DNA from: Macrostomum lignano
Taxonomy: Eukaryota
DNA: 64,000 bases
NCBI GenBank assembly: GCA_002269645.1
Contig: NIVC01000647.1
Location: forward strand, 248,001 to 312,000
Direction of reading: 5' to 3'
The number at the start of each line of letters is the position of its first letter. Position 1 is the stretch's first letter. The notes beneath the pieces are model-generated. The model was not told the origin of the DNA and did not search any database. It worked only from the letters and a program-made list of their open reading frames with translations. The translations under genes and the position numbers were made by a program. This document shows positions 35,620 through 48,800 of the stretch, in pieces.

Positions 35620-38600
35620 TGGGAGCCGATCTGCACTCTGGACCCAGCTCGTGAGGCTCTGATTATCTTATAATCTTTACTCAGGATCTATGTAGAAGTT
35701 GGAGCATTTGGTATCATCTGTTCTTGTTTGACTGTTCTGAGCAATTACCACTTGTTAGTGAAAATACGTGTGTAACACCTTCAAAAAATAACATACGAAT
35801 AAATTCATTTGAAGACCTAAGCGCGACTGAAAATGTATTGTTGACATTATAAAATTTCAGTTTCCTTACCCCAACTAACAATTTCTTATACTCTGAACTT
35901 CAATATTTATGCCAATTAGTAATTACTGCTTTAAAAGTAGGACGGGCGGCGGCGGCCAACTACCTTTCAATTGTAACTTTACAGGAGGCAGGTTTTACCG
36001 AAAAAAATACATTATGGGAAATGGAGGTTTTCATTTTTCAACACAAAATATGTAATTTATTTTGCTAGGTCGAGGCAGATCCAATTTTTATCTTTTCCTG
36101 TAATGTATTTTTTTGGCAAAAACGGTCCTAACTATTTCCAAGAAACATAGTTTCCCGTCCTTTTACTTGAGCAGTCCTTGTATTTATGCGTCTTGTTTAC
36201 ACGTTTGCCTATTTAAATTTTGAAATATTAAGCTTTCAACGACTATAGAAACGGGGCGAATGGGCATGTACAGAATTGGGCCTTCAAGTATTTTTTGCAT
36301 AATTGTGTCCCTTGGTCTTTTATTAGCTCATTAGCTTAGCGATTATATCATTAGACTGAGAAAGAAGAAAAGAGCAAAAACGTGGGAAAAGAAGCAGAAA
36401 AAACACGTGGCAGCATCAAACAAAGGGCCCCGCAAGGCCTTCAAAAAGATCTCAGTCGTCAGTAATTTTTGTCGCGACTACCAAGAACCAATGTCGCATA
36501 TCGGCCGTGTGAAGTTTGAGTTTCGGCATGTACTGTATGCTGTAGACAGCACTTCTAATTTACTCGTTTTTTGAAGAAAAAACAGTTGAAATGATTTGTT
36601 CATTTATATGCGCAGGAAGTCTGCACTTTTAGTACTGTTACATTTATTCTTGATCCCCAAATACGCGCTTGTTAACTCTGACTTTCTATAATTCCATTCA
36701 ACTATAGCGCATCAGTTTACATAACTGGACTGTGAACCCACTTAATTAAGATCTATCTACTAGACTACAGACATTTTCAAAAGCGCTATCGTATTTGTGT
36801 ACATGACTTAATTTTTAATGATTAATAATATTATTATAGACTCAGCTATAAAGCTTTTGCGAATCACAGCCTACCATTTGTAGATGCATGTATTTTTGTT
36901 TCAAAAGTAAATACTATCATACAATCCATAAAAATAAATTAAAATTCTTATATTTAATTTTTTGGAATTATTTTGAAACCAATAGAAATAAGGTACATGT
37001 ACATTTTGAAAAACATTGCAACTTGATCGATCAATTGCTATGAATATTATTGATCGGAAATGGGCCTCGAAAAACCCAAGGAAATACCTTTTTCTCATCC
37101 TACTTAACTTAAGTCCTCTGTATTTCTTCAAAAATTAGTTCGTGTAGTTCTTCGTCGCACAAGTCAACCAGCTAGCAAATACATGTAGAAGGCCAATGGG
37201 TGTGAGCTCGCATATAACGATGGTAAAGCTGTAGATCGTCGAATTATTCAAACTTCTTACAATCCTCGAGCCCCGCAGGTCCAAAGTTTCATTCTACTAG
37301 TCTTTGGGTTACGTCGATACTGATGTTAGAACTTAACCAAGAAATACGTCCTCATTATTTTAAAATAGAAAATAGAATAGAAGGCCGAAATGGAATAGTG
37401 TTAGGAACGACTAAAGCAAGTAAAACCAACTTGATAGATGTCCGACTTTCTTTTTGAAATTAGTAATAGGTACAGATACAGACATAAATAAATATAAATA
37501 GATATAAATAAATACAGATTTGTTTATTTTAAAGAATAATTTTTGTAATTTTTAATTGCAATCGCGTTCTTTGAAACTATGCCTGCGCGATATATATAGC
37601 TTTAATTTTTCTTCTTGAGAGTAAAAAGATCTGTCGAATTAATATTCCATTGTAATTAATATTAACAGCGACTATATAGAGCTTATAGCCCCACTGAATT
37701 GACGGCCAACACATTCAACTAACATGAAATCAAACCTTGACTGGCTGGAATTTAATTTTAAATTTTAAGTCAGTTAATAGCTGATTTATCCGATTGTCTA
37801 AAAAACAGCAGCGGCACCGAAAAGTCAATTATATTTTGTCTACGCCTTTGTTTCAACTAGTTAATGCCTAAGCTTTAATGCTTTTTGAGATATAAAATTA
37901 TATTGTTTGTAGTTTGTCTATTCTGTATGGTACTATAAAACCTATTAAAAATTTACATAAAAGGTTGAGCTGAATTCCTACCGGCCTCCTCTCACATGTG
38001 TAGTAGACAGTAGTTCAAATGTGTGGCAGTCTTGGTGGTATTCAAATCAAATATCCCATTTAAAGAATTGTAAACTATTGAAATAATGGGCTCTTCAAGT
38101 AGCAGCCAACATGTAAAATGTTCAGAAGATCTTTTAATCCAACTTGCTAGATGCTTCACAAATAATGGTAAGACTAAGAGCTTTAATTTTTAATAATGTT
38201 TTTTAATAATTATTCAATAGGCCTAGTATTACTATTAGACAATTGTCTATAAATAAGCATTAAGATTTTTAGCAATGCTAATGAGTATGACAATATTTTT
38301 GTCTTTATTGTATCTAATTATACTTTTTATTATCCAAAACAATTGGTCTATTTGGGGGCTAATGTCATGTGTGGCAATCTTGGTGGTATTCTCTTTGTAC
38401 TTTTGTAGCTGGCGAAATCCAAAAACGTGGGATAAAACGGTAAAACAAATCTGCGGACATTCGATGGAAAGTAATGTATCTAAAAAAGGTTTTTGAAAGA
38501 TAGATAGGTCTTTAGAAAATAGTTCTGGATAAAAACTATTGTTTTCATGCTTTATATTGTTGAATAAATAAGAAAAAACCACAAAAAATCATTTTGAAAG

Positions 38601-39006
38601 TCTGAGTTGACCGATTTGCAATTTTTTGTTTCACTTTTTTTCATTATTAAACAATTAATTTTAAGACTTGTAGGCCTTAGAGAATGCTAATTTTTTTACT
38701 ACTTACAAAACAGAAAGTAATCTGTGTTTTAATTTTTATTCAATTCAAAAAGATGAAGTATTTCTAAGGATTTCAAAGTTTTTCTAAAACCATATAAACT
38801 CGCAAAAATTCATACTAATATAAAGTGCAAAGTTTGCCAGCAAACATCTTTCTCTAAAAGTAAATATATCACTAATTCCTTGTTGCAAAATAATCTTTAA
38901 GTTGTTTTCTTTCATTTGAATATTAACTTGCATAGTATTAGTATTTGAAATATGCCTATATTTAGACTTAAAAATTTTGGGTAAAAAATGGTACCATAAA
39001 ATGTGA

Positions 39007-39710
39007 ACCCGGCATCCAAATCAGATGCTTACTGTATGCTCATTAAACGACGAAGAACAATGAAATTACACTAAAACATGTATCATTGCAATGTATATGC
39101 AGGAAAAAAAGAATTTTCCAAATCGCTTTAGTAGAAGCTGAGTAAAATGCAATTTTCCAATACTTATGGGAATTCCAATGTGTTACCCGGCTTCCAAATC
39201 AGATGCTTACTGTATGCTCATTAAGTGACAAAAAACAATGAAATTACACTAAAACATGTATCATCGCGGCGTGTATGTAGGAAAAAAAGAATTCTCCAAA
39301 TCACTTTAGTAGAAGCTGAGTAAAATGCAATTTTCCAATCCTTATGGGAATTCCAATGTGTTACCCGGCTTCCAAATCAGATGCTTACTGTATGCTCATT
39401 AAGCGACGAAGAACAATGAAATTACACTAAAACATGTATCATCGCGGCGTGTATGCAGGAAAAAAAGAATTTTTCAAATCGCTTTAGTAGAAGCTGAGTA
39501 AAATGCAATTTTCCAATCCTTATGGGAATTCCAATGTGTTACCCGGCTTCCAAATCAGATGCTTACTGTATGCTCATTAAGCGACAAAGAACAATGAAAT
39601 TACACTAAAACATGTATCATCGCGGCGTGTATGCAGGAAAAAAAGAATTTTCCAAATCGCTTTAGTAGAAGCTGAGTAAAATGCAATTTTCCGATCCTTA
39701 TGGGAATTTG
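39007..39710. repeat. 178-bp satellite-like tandem repeat, 4 copies
   Basis: Unit starts ACCCGGC at 39007, 39185, 39363 and 39541, an exact 178-bp period. Confidence 0.95.
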
Positions 39711-40290
39711 TATGTTTAAATAATAAACTTACGTTGAACACAATTTATTGCAAACGAACTCTACAAAATACACGTTGTCAAGAGTAATGAAAGTGATAAA
39801 CAAATAAACCCTTGAAAATAATGTTAAATATGTTGTAGAATTATAGAGTGTAACATTATAAGATAGTTAAAGTTATTAAAATGCATTATTATAGCTTTTC
39901 TATCATTTTCATTAGACTCATTTTAGGTCGTAATTAAACTTACCATTTTAACAAATCATTTTATTAGAAATAAAGCTATACAAAAATAATTTGTGCTTTA
40001 ATAGACTTTTTTTACCTTTTAAAAACTTGAATAAATTTATTTTATAGCTTTATTGCTTTCAAATTGCCAAAAAACGAATTTTCATAAAACTTGCCCCCGA
40101 TTTTTGGATTTCACCAGCTCTTTGTACTTTTACTTAAATACTTAAATAACAATTACTTAAACTACAATTGTTGCAGTTATTATTGCTGTACTTATAGCTG
40201 TTGATTTTCAAAATGTCATTTTCAAAGAAAGCTACAAAGCTTCAAAGAAAAATAGGCTTATGTAGCAAGAACTAGTTAGCTTGTTTTTTA

Positions 40291-41156
40291 GAATTACAAT
40301 CACTTCGGCGACAAGTCACTTCGGCGACAGTCACTTCGGCGACAAGTCACTTCAGCGACAGTCATTTCGGCGACACATTTGGATCACTTCGGCGACAATT
40401 AGCTAAATACTGTATGTTCTGTTTAGAGCGCATTTATAATAACACGTATTTTTTGCCATTGAACTTCACGATTAAAAAGTGTGATTTATCCGGATTTATT
40501 AAAAAAGCAACACAAATTTTCAGAATTTCATTATGAACAATAATTAAATTCATAGATTGATATCATGTTTCCTTGATTGATATTCGCCCATTACGATAAA
40601 GTACAAAATGAATTGACTTGCATTATATAGTACTGTAAGTATTGTGATAAATTTATTTGGCATACACATATACAGGCATACACTGTCACTCCGTTGCAGA
40701 AATAAAGAGAAAGAGAATAATAAACATGCATTAAAACCAAAGATGTTACATGTAGCATGCAAAGAAGTCTTAGCATTACAGATGTTAAGCATATGCAGAT
40801 GCACCATAGACAGCTTACAGTCCATTCAGCTTGCTGCAAGCCTCCAGAAGTGACTGAATCGACCAAAGTTTGAAGTATTTGGACTATCGCTGGCGGTACT
40901 TCTTTTGCTGCAACCGCCTCAGAGCACCTTGTGACACCAACCGTGAGTCGATAGAGACCATGTGGCCCTCGTCGTGCAGCAGCTTGACCAGGAGATAGAA
41001 CTGGAGCTGACCGCACGCAAGTACAGTACAGTGTATATGCAAGTGATATTATATATTTAAGCGATATTATTACTAGGATTAGCACTGTGCTATAAGAGAG
41101 AGAGGAGCAAGAGAGGGGAGCGAGAGAGAAAGAGAGAGAGAGAGAGAAAGAGAGAT

Positions 41157-41225
<69 letters not shown>

Positions 41226-41611
41226 TATAGAGAGAGAAGGGGAACAGATGGAGACTAAGAGAGAAGAGAGACTGAGAAATGAAAGACAATTTTGTTTGAA
41301 CAAGAACATCTAAACACTGTACATGTATAAGTGTGTAATGTATTCAGTATATCAGTATTTTTTTAGAACAAAATAATTGCAATGCTTTCTTTTTTAATGC
41401 GTAAAAAACTTAGTGCTATAAATTTGTTATTCTTGCATTCTTTTTTAACTGCTTTCTTTTTTATTTTAGGCGCTACCAGGGTTAATGCTTATGCAATATA
41501 TGTCTGTCGCCAAAGTAATCCAAATGTGTCGCCGAAGTGACTGTCGCCAAAGTGACTTGTTGCTGAAGTGACTGTCGCCGAAGTGACCTGTTGCCGAAGT
41601 GATCGGTGACC
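40291..41611 (-). mobile_element. Foldback/MULE-like non-autonomous element with tandem-repeat inverted termini
   Basis: Left array of GTCACTTCGGCGACA(A) units (40311-40400) is inverted relative to the right array (41526-41611, ending GATCGGTGACC). The interior holds a transposase C-terminal relic and an (AG)n tract at 41095-41280. Confidence 0.7.
40821..41006 (-). pseudogene. C-terminal relic of a MULE-type transposase
   Basis: LQFYLLVKLLHDEGHMVSIDSRLVSQGALRRLQQKKYRQR*SKYFKLW..SLLEACSKLNG resembles the recalled C-terminus of invertebrate MULE transposases (FY.L..LL..E...LVS...L.R.Q...Y...F.LW..Y......LL..CS). Confidence 0.55.
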
Positions 41612-42009
41612 AGTTTTTACCGCCGAATTTGTCTAGATGGTTTTAGCTAATCTTTGGATTAATCCAAATGTACTTAATTTCTTTCTAAATACAATTTTAT
41701 GAATTTAATCTGGGAAGCAAATTTGTAATGACTATATAATTTAATATTGTAAATATTGTATTTGCGACAGTATTCGAGAATCGAAGAACCAAAAAATTGC
41801 CATGCTAAAAATACTATTCCATTTAACGTAACAAATGCTGCGTGGCTAAGATATGTAAAATCATTGTTGAGTAGGGATTTTATCACAAAGCGTCACAAAG
41901 AATTTAATAGGAAATGCACATGTTTAAAACATAAAAAGTAGGAGTAAAAAACAGCAGTAAAACAATTAACAACCAGTTAAAGTGAAGACAATAAAAGCAG
42001 CCTAATCAG

Positions 42010-42562
42010 TCATCTCGCACCACTAGTTGCAGGCGCGTTGAGCTTGCTGCATGCTTGCAGCAGCTGTAGCACCGAGCGCTCACTGCACACGTACTCTGCC
42101 CACAGCCGGAAGCACACGCGTTGGTACGCGCCGCGCGCTGACGCTGTATGCCCTGGCAAAAGCAAATAGTGTAGAATATAATATTGGATCATAGTCATAC
42201 AAATTTGATTTCCAAGAAGATTTAACTGATAAAATTGTATTCAGAAATAAATTAATCTAGAAAGTAGCTAAAACGATCCAGAAAAATTAGCCAGCGAAAC
42301 ACAACCTTTCTTTGAAAATAACATTTTGAAAATCAACAGCTATGTACAGCTATAAAAATAAAACTGCAAAAATTATAGTTCAGGTAATTGTTATTTAATT
42401 ATTTAAGTATTACTAAGTAATAATAAAGAGCTAAAAATAATAGCTTAACTATATGCTGATATATCTTGATTTAATATCTGTTGCCGGATTGTCTGTCGCC
42501 GGATTGACTGTCGCCGGATTGTCTGTCGCCGGATCGTCTTGTTGCTGGATTGACTGGATACC
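42010..42562 (-). mobile_element. Second MULE-like relic: transposase C-terminal tip plus one tandem-repeat terminus
   Basis: 42010-42150 translates FRLWAEYVCSERSVLQLLQACSKLNAP*. 42480-42562 is an array of ATTGTCTGTCGCCGG units ending GACTGGATACC. Confidence 0.55.
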
Positions 42563-43429
42563 GACAGTTTGATACAGAAGCAAGTTAGAAGCATATAGTC
42601 TAGATCATGCTAAATGCATACCAGAATGTATTGAACCAAATTTATAAATGCATGGTATTGCTAAGCAGATATACATAAATGCAAACAAACATGCTATAAA
42701 ATTTACAAACAAAACAAATCCAATTATATATGCCATGAATACATACATGTGCAAATTCCAAAATTTGGTCAACCATGCAACTTAGTTTTAACAAAAAATG
42801 TGACATAGGTAGTTTTTGGCCAAAAATGCAACTTACATATAAAAGAAACCCTAAAGCAGCAAAATTACTGCAACTTTGGGTAAACAACAAGAGTAACTAT
42901 GACTGTCTTATTAAAGCAAAATGCCTCGTTATCTACTTAGTACTACTTTGGTATTTATTTGAGTGGGAATTTTAGCAATATACCTTAGTTGGCTGCCAAT
43001 TTGGTCAGCCTGATCAGCCAACTCGGCCAACTATTGTGCATGTATGTATGAATGTATACTGGCACACTGTGATATATATTATATAGCAATTGTGCATGCT
43101 CACAACTACATGTACAATTTTTTTTATTTTTACACCATGTACACTAAAGATTATTATAGTCATTTTAGTAACAAGACATTTTGGTGACAATTTTTTGGTG
43201 ACAAGCAAAAGTCATCTTGGTGATAAAAAAGATCTGTTTAGTGGTAAGCCTTTGTGGTTACAAAAAAATTATCTTGCCAATTATAAGTACTATGAAACTT
43301 AAAATTTCAAATGTTTTCTAAATTAGTAAGTATTATTCTTTTTATTTTTTTGTTTATTTACTATTACAGAGTTGCAATCTTTTAAATATTTCTTTTTGCT
43401 TTTCTTGTAATTTGCTTGCCTTCAACATT

Positions 43430-43705
43430 GGTGTCAAGCAAGTCAACAATGTAGCACTCTATTGCCACGCTGGCCTGCCATGTCCAAGTGATCTACTGCA
43501 CTGTTGGCAACTCCAGCTTGCAGGCCATCTCATCCGCGCCAAGTTGTACTGCCCACCGCCGGTGCAGGAGGTGCTGCTGCTCACGCTGCAGGCACCCTAC
43601 CAGCGAGGTCAAGCACAAACTTCGCGTTACGTCAACTGTCTGCTGGCTGATGCCGGGCCCCAGACACTGCCAGTGGTGCGGCCTTTGTTCGCACCCAAGC
43701 CATGA
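43430..43705 (+). mobile_element. 5'-truncated non-LTR retrotransposon fragment (RTE-like RT C-terminus)
   Basis: LQLAGHLIR...LLL...YQRGQ....YVNCLLADAG resembles the RTE-type LRFAGH..R...LLW....RGRP..TY.D.L..D.G tail. It is a GC-rich island in AT-rich DNA. Confidence 0.55.
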
Positions 43706-45889
43706 AGTATGCCCTGTGATGCTGACTTTTGCCATTCTGACAGTGTATTTTGTTGTTGTTGTAATTGGCATTTTATGATGAGGATCTTCTATATGTTTAT
43801 TGTTTATATGTCTGAATATTCTAGGAAAATTAAAAAAATAATCTGCATAAAAATAAAACAAAAGAATTAGTTAGATTTATTTCCTAAATTTCCTAAATAC
43901 AAATATATGTGTTAAATCTTTCAACCAAGTTTTCCAAGTATACACCAAAAATAAATCTTAACAAAAGAACTAAAAACTAAAAACTGATATTTTGCAATGC
44001 CTCTTGTCATTAAAATGACTATTAGTCACAGAATCTTCCATTTTTTACCAAAGGTAAAATGTGTTTGTCAAAGAAAAAACTTGTTTATATATATATCTAT
44101 AAGCCACTCATTAAACAAATACAATAAAGTTAAATTAAACCAATTAAACCAGTTATTATCACTCTAATATATAGTACAATTAAGCCTGAATTGACTAGAA
44201 AATCAAGCATCTTACATCAAAATCGTTAGTACTAAAGTGTTTAGCTTTAATATAATAATTTGTTTTTAATGCTTCGGTTTATTTTTGGTGACTGTTTATA
44301 ATATCCAAATTAGAAAAGAATATAAGATATGCTTTGCAGTAATAAGCAACCCTATGAACATCTCTTATTAACCAACTTGAAGGTATTAATATCAAAATTA
44401 TAATGTAGCTTATTCTCTTTCTATTTTTGCATCATCCCCCCCCTAGATCAGCACCATTCAATTTAGATTAGTACTACTCCCCCTAGATTATCAATCAAAA
44501 TGACTAATTAAAAGCTTTTTTTAAAAGCCAGCTAGACAGGTTTTTAAAAATTCAATTATAGACAAAATCATTCAGAACAAAACAAAATAAATTAATGTAT
44601 AATTATTACAGGAAGATTTATTTATTCATTCATTTATTTATGTCTTATTGGCTTTTTATGTTAAATAAAAAAGGCTAGAATTAGAAAAATCAAATTAAAA
44701 AATATAGGAATCAACTTATGTTCTATGGCCTTTGTGTTTAATTTATTTATATATTTTAATCAAATGAGACTGCAAATCAACTATAATTATTTTGAGAAAA
44801 TTTCTAATCTAATGATATACTCGTAAGCTTTAGGAAAAATTTGTTGACTTTTTTATGAAACCAATATATGATATAATATACTGGGATAGAGAAAAAACAT
44901 TAGGCTATTAGGGGCTAATAAGGAACTATAATATGTTTTTAGTTATACAACAAAGATATTAAACTGACTTCATAAAGAATTGCCATATAGTACAGATAGT
45001 ACAGTATAGACTTATTGCTTAAATAATTTGTAATTGTTTTACTATGTCATATACACAGTTATTATTTATTTCTTAAGAGCAAATTGAGCAAATAGACTAC
45101 CTGCACACTATTGACATTGTCTAATGGGTTTAGGTCTAGACTTTAAGGAGGCAACAATGACTTGTCCTATAGGCACACCTTGTTAACCATCTAAGTCTCG
45201 AGACTAAGTTTAATGTGTGCTCTCTAGAGTGCCATTTTGTTAGAAAATGTTTTTGTTTGATTATTAGTTTCCCCAATCTGGGATAGCAATGTGTTTGCCA
45301 ACATACATGGGTAGTCAGTGCTAATGAGGCAATACCCCTTAGGAAACCACACTGTAAGTATGACATTCCCTGACACACTGATGACACCCAATGCTTTGTC
45401 AAAATGATTTAGCTACCTGTCTGTGTCCTCCACAAAGGTACAAAAGTCTTGTTAGAAAAAATCTTTGTGTTACAATTGAGGTGCTTCTCTTCTGATATTC
45501 GGGGCACTCAATTCGTTGCAAAGACACTCTAGCACTCTTGATGGCTGGCAACATGGCGCTACATTGGAATTGCCTGTGCGATAGAGGTCATTGGATTGGT
45601 GTTGAATAACTCCTTGACTTTATCCCAAATCAAATTTCCAAGGTGGTCTGGCGCCATTTTGATCATACGTGCCGCATGTGCAACCTCTGAAAATTCCCTG
45701 GCTATGTGATTTAGTTTTGACTGAAAGTGTTTGTCATAAAAATTTTTGACATTACAAGTTGCCCTTAGTCTGCCACGATTTATGCCTTACTGGCCACACA
45801 AGCATGCAATAACAATTTAATCTAGTAGTGGTCTTTGGCCAAGTATTTGGCGCTCAATTAGACCAGATTATCAGCTGCCACAGCGTCTC

Positions 45890-48800
45890 ATGAAAGTTAC
45901 ACTGAGAGATCATAGCTCCCCTACCCAAACCTGTGCAAACGCAGCGTCATCTCTGGGCCCGTCCAGCTGCTTAGTTCTGGACACGCCAGTCTGCGCTCGC
46001 ATCCTGCGCTGCCTACCGCGCCAATCCCAGCTTCTTCTTGCTGACGCTGATGATGACGAATTCGTCTCCGTGTCGTCGGTCTCATCCGCTAATCATGCGC
46101 CGCCTGCTGGCCTCACTGCATCGGCCGCGTCTGCCACTGAGCATGCCAAAATTGTTGAGATTGCTATTGGTAAAGCGGAAAATCTCGAGGTCTGTTGAAA
46201 TTGTTTTATTAATTTAATATTCTTTTCATGTAGCTGTTTAATCGATATATGATTTATTGATAATACTTGACAATATCTCCCAATTCCCCTTGATAATATC
46301 TCCCAATTTCCATGTGATAATATCTTCCAATTCCCCTTGATAATATCTCCCAATTCCCCTTGATAATATTTCCAAATTCCCCTTGATAATATCTTCCAAT
46401 TCCCCTTGATAATGTCTCTTAATTCCCCTTGATAATATCTCCAAATTCCCCTTGATAATATCTCCAAATTCCCCTTGATAATATCTCCAAATTCCCCTTG
46501 ATAATATTTCCAAATTCCCCTTGATAATATCTTCCAATTCCCCTTGATAATGTCTCTTAATTCCCCTTGATAATATCTCCAAACTCCCCTTGATAATATC
46601 TCCCAATTCTCCCGATTCCTCTTGAAAATCCTTAGCATTCCCAATGCTGAGAGCGAGGTCAGTGCATGCCTAACTAACCTACTACCACTAGATCCAACGA
46701 TTGTATTAAAAGTTTTTGTCCCTTTACGCTCGTGTTTAAAATCGAATCTCGCACTGACTCGCAGCTGGTCCACAACGACGCCACAATCGAGGGCCAGTTG
46801 GACCTGGCTCGGTTTCACTCGCTGGTCCGATTGCGCCTGAAATCCGTGCCAATGCATCTGCTGTTCAATCTCAGCGAGCGGCGGGATGCCCTCGGGTCTT
46901 TGGATGTGGATTCTTGCGCCGCTACTCTCATGGTGAGCCAGTCTTACTTGTATTCTTCCTCCCCCTTTACTGATCTTCCGCCCCCCTCTTTCTCTTCTTC
47001 CGCCCCTTCTAGTGTTCTTCCGCCCCCATTTTAGTGTTCTTCCACCCCTTTTAGTGTTCTTCCGCCCCTTCTAGTGTTCTTCCGCCCCCATTTTAGTGTT
47101 CTTCCACCCCTTTTAGTGTTCTTCCGCCCCTTCTAGTGTTTTTTCAATCTTTCGACCCTTTTAGTGTTCTTTCGACCCCTTTACTGTTCTTCCGCCCCTT
47201 TTAGTGTTCTTCCGCCCCCATTTTAGTGTTATTCCGCCCCCATTTTAGTGTTCTTCCGCCCCCATTTTAGTGTTCTTCCGCCCCCATTTTAGTGTTCTTC
47301 CGCCCCCTTTACTGATCTTTCGCCTCCCTCCTACTCTTCTTCCACTGGCCTCCTTCTAGTGTTCTTCCGCCCCCTTTAAGTGTTCTTCCGCCCCCTTTTA
47401 GTGTTTTTCCGCCCCTTCTAGTGTTCTTCCGCCCCCTCCTACTGTTTTTCCGCCCCTTCTAGTGTTTTTCCGCCCCTTCTAGTGTTCTTCCGCCCCCTCC
47501 TACTGTTTTTCCGCCCCTTCTAGTGCTCTTCCGCCCCCTTCTAGTGTTCTTCTGCCCCCTCCCACTGTTTTTCCGCCCCCTCCCACTGTTCTTCCGCTCT
47601 TCTAGTGCTCTTCCGCCCCCTCCTACTGTTCTTCCGCCCCCTTCTAGTGTTCTTCCGCTCTTCTAGTGCTCTTCTTATTTTTTCGCTTTCAAAACTAATC
47701 AAACGCAACAACTCGTGTCGCCAATATTTGCCATCCAGTCGGTTATTGAGCTGTGCGCTGGCGACAGAACAACTGGCGCTGAATGGCCGAGACTGAGGCA
47801 TCTGCGCTTCTCTGGCTGCCGGCTTCGGCACTTGGACCTGTCTGTGGTGAGCTGGGAGCCGGGATTTAGAGAGGGTAAGCGTAGAGAGCGCGGGTGATAA
47901 AAGAAAGCCGGGTTGAGAGTTGAGAGCGTGGGTGAGAGTAGAGATCGTGGGTGAGAGTAGAGAGCCGGGGTGAGAGTAGAGCGTGGGTGAGAGTAGAGTG
48001 TGGATGAGAGTAGAGTGTGGATGAGAGTAGAGACCGTGCTTGAGAGTAGAGACCGTGCTTGAGAGTAGAGAGCGTGGGTGAGAATAGAGAGCGTGGGTAA
48101 GAGTAGAGACCGGGATTGAGAGTAGAGAACGTGGGTGAGAGTAGAGATCGCGTGGGTGAGAGTAGAGAGTGTGGATGAGAGCAGAGACAATGCCTGGCCT
48201 AATTTCTAACTGAAAAACAATATTTTATTCACTCGCAATAACTTGCAGAGGTACCTGGTGGCGCTGACTCATTTAGATCTGAGCTACAATCAGCTTGTCA
48301 GAGTTGACGAGTTGCAGGTAATTGTTGTTTTTATTTATAGAAAGCATCTTTAAACATTTAAGCTAAGCGCACAGTATTCTCTCCTCACTCGCCCTTTTCG
48401 ACCAGCATCTGAAAAGTCTGCAAAGCCTGAACCTGAGCTTCAACCGGCTGCACCGTCTGCCCAGCCTGGCCTCATTGCGCAACCTTCGACGAATCCGATT
48501 GGCCTACAATTTCTTGGAAAGCCTGGTCGGTCTGGAGGATCTGCGCCGATTGGAAGTGCTGGACGCTAGCAACAATGTCATCTGTCATCTGGCTCTTATT
48601 GGGGACCTGCGACGCTTGAGTCGACTTTTGAGTGTGAGTTCGATATGAAAATTCATAGGGTTTTAAGTCATCTGAATGTTCAGGGACTTCAGCCAACCTG
48701 AAGGTTCAGGGATTTCAGCCAACCTGAAAGCTCAGGGATTTCAGCCAACCCGAAGGTTCAGGGATTTCAGCCAGCCTGAAGATTCAGGGATTTCAGCCAG

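Noticed and set aside
36000-38990. AT-rich intergenic region with short ORFs
   Set aside because: No recognisable coding motifs, RNA genes or repeat structure.
40591-41289. 232-aa minus-strand ORF
   Set aside because: It begins in a (CT)n microsatellite; the meaningful transposase-like relic is in a different frame.
45130-45760. Minus-strand coding-like stretch just upstream of the STK11IP-like gene
   Set aside because: Several stops and no motif I can assign; probably a decayed TE but unsupported without a search.
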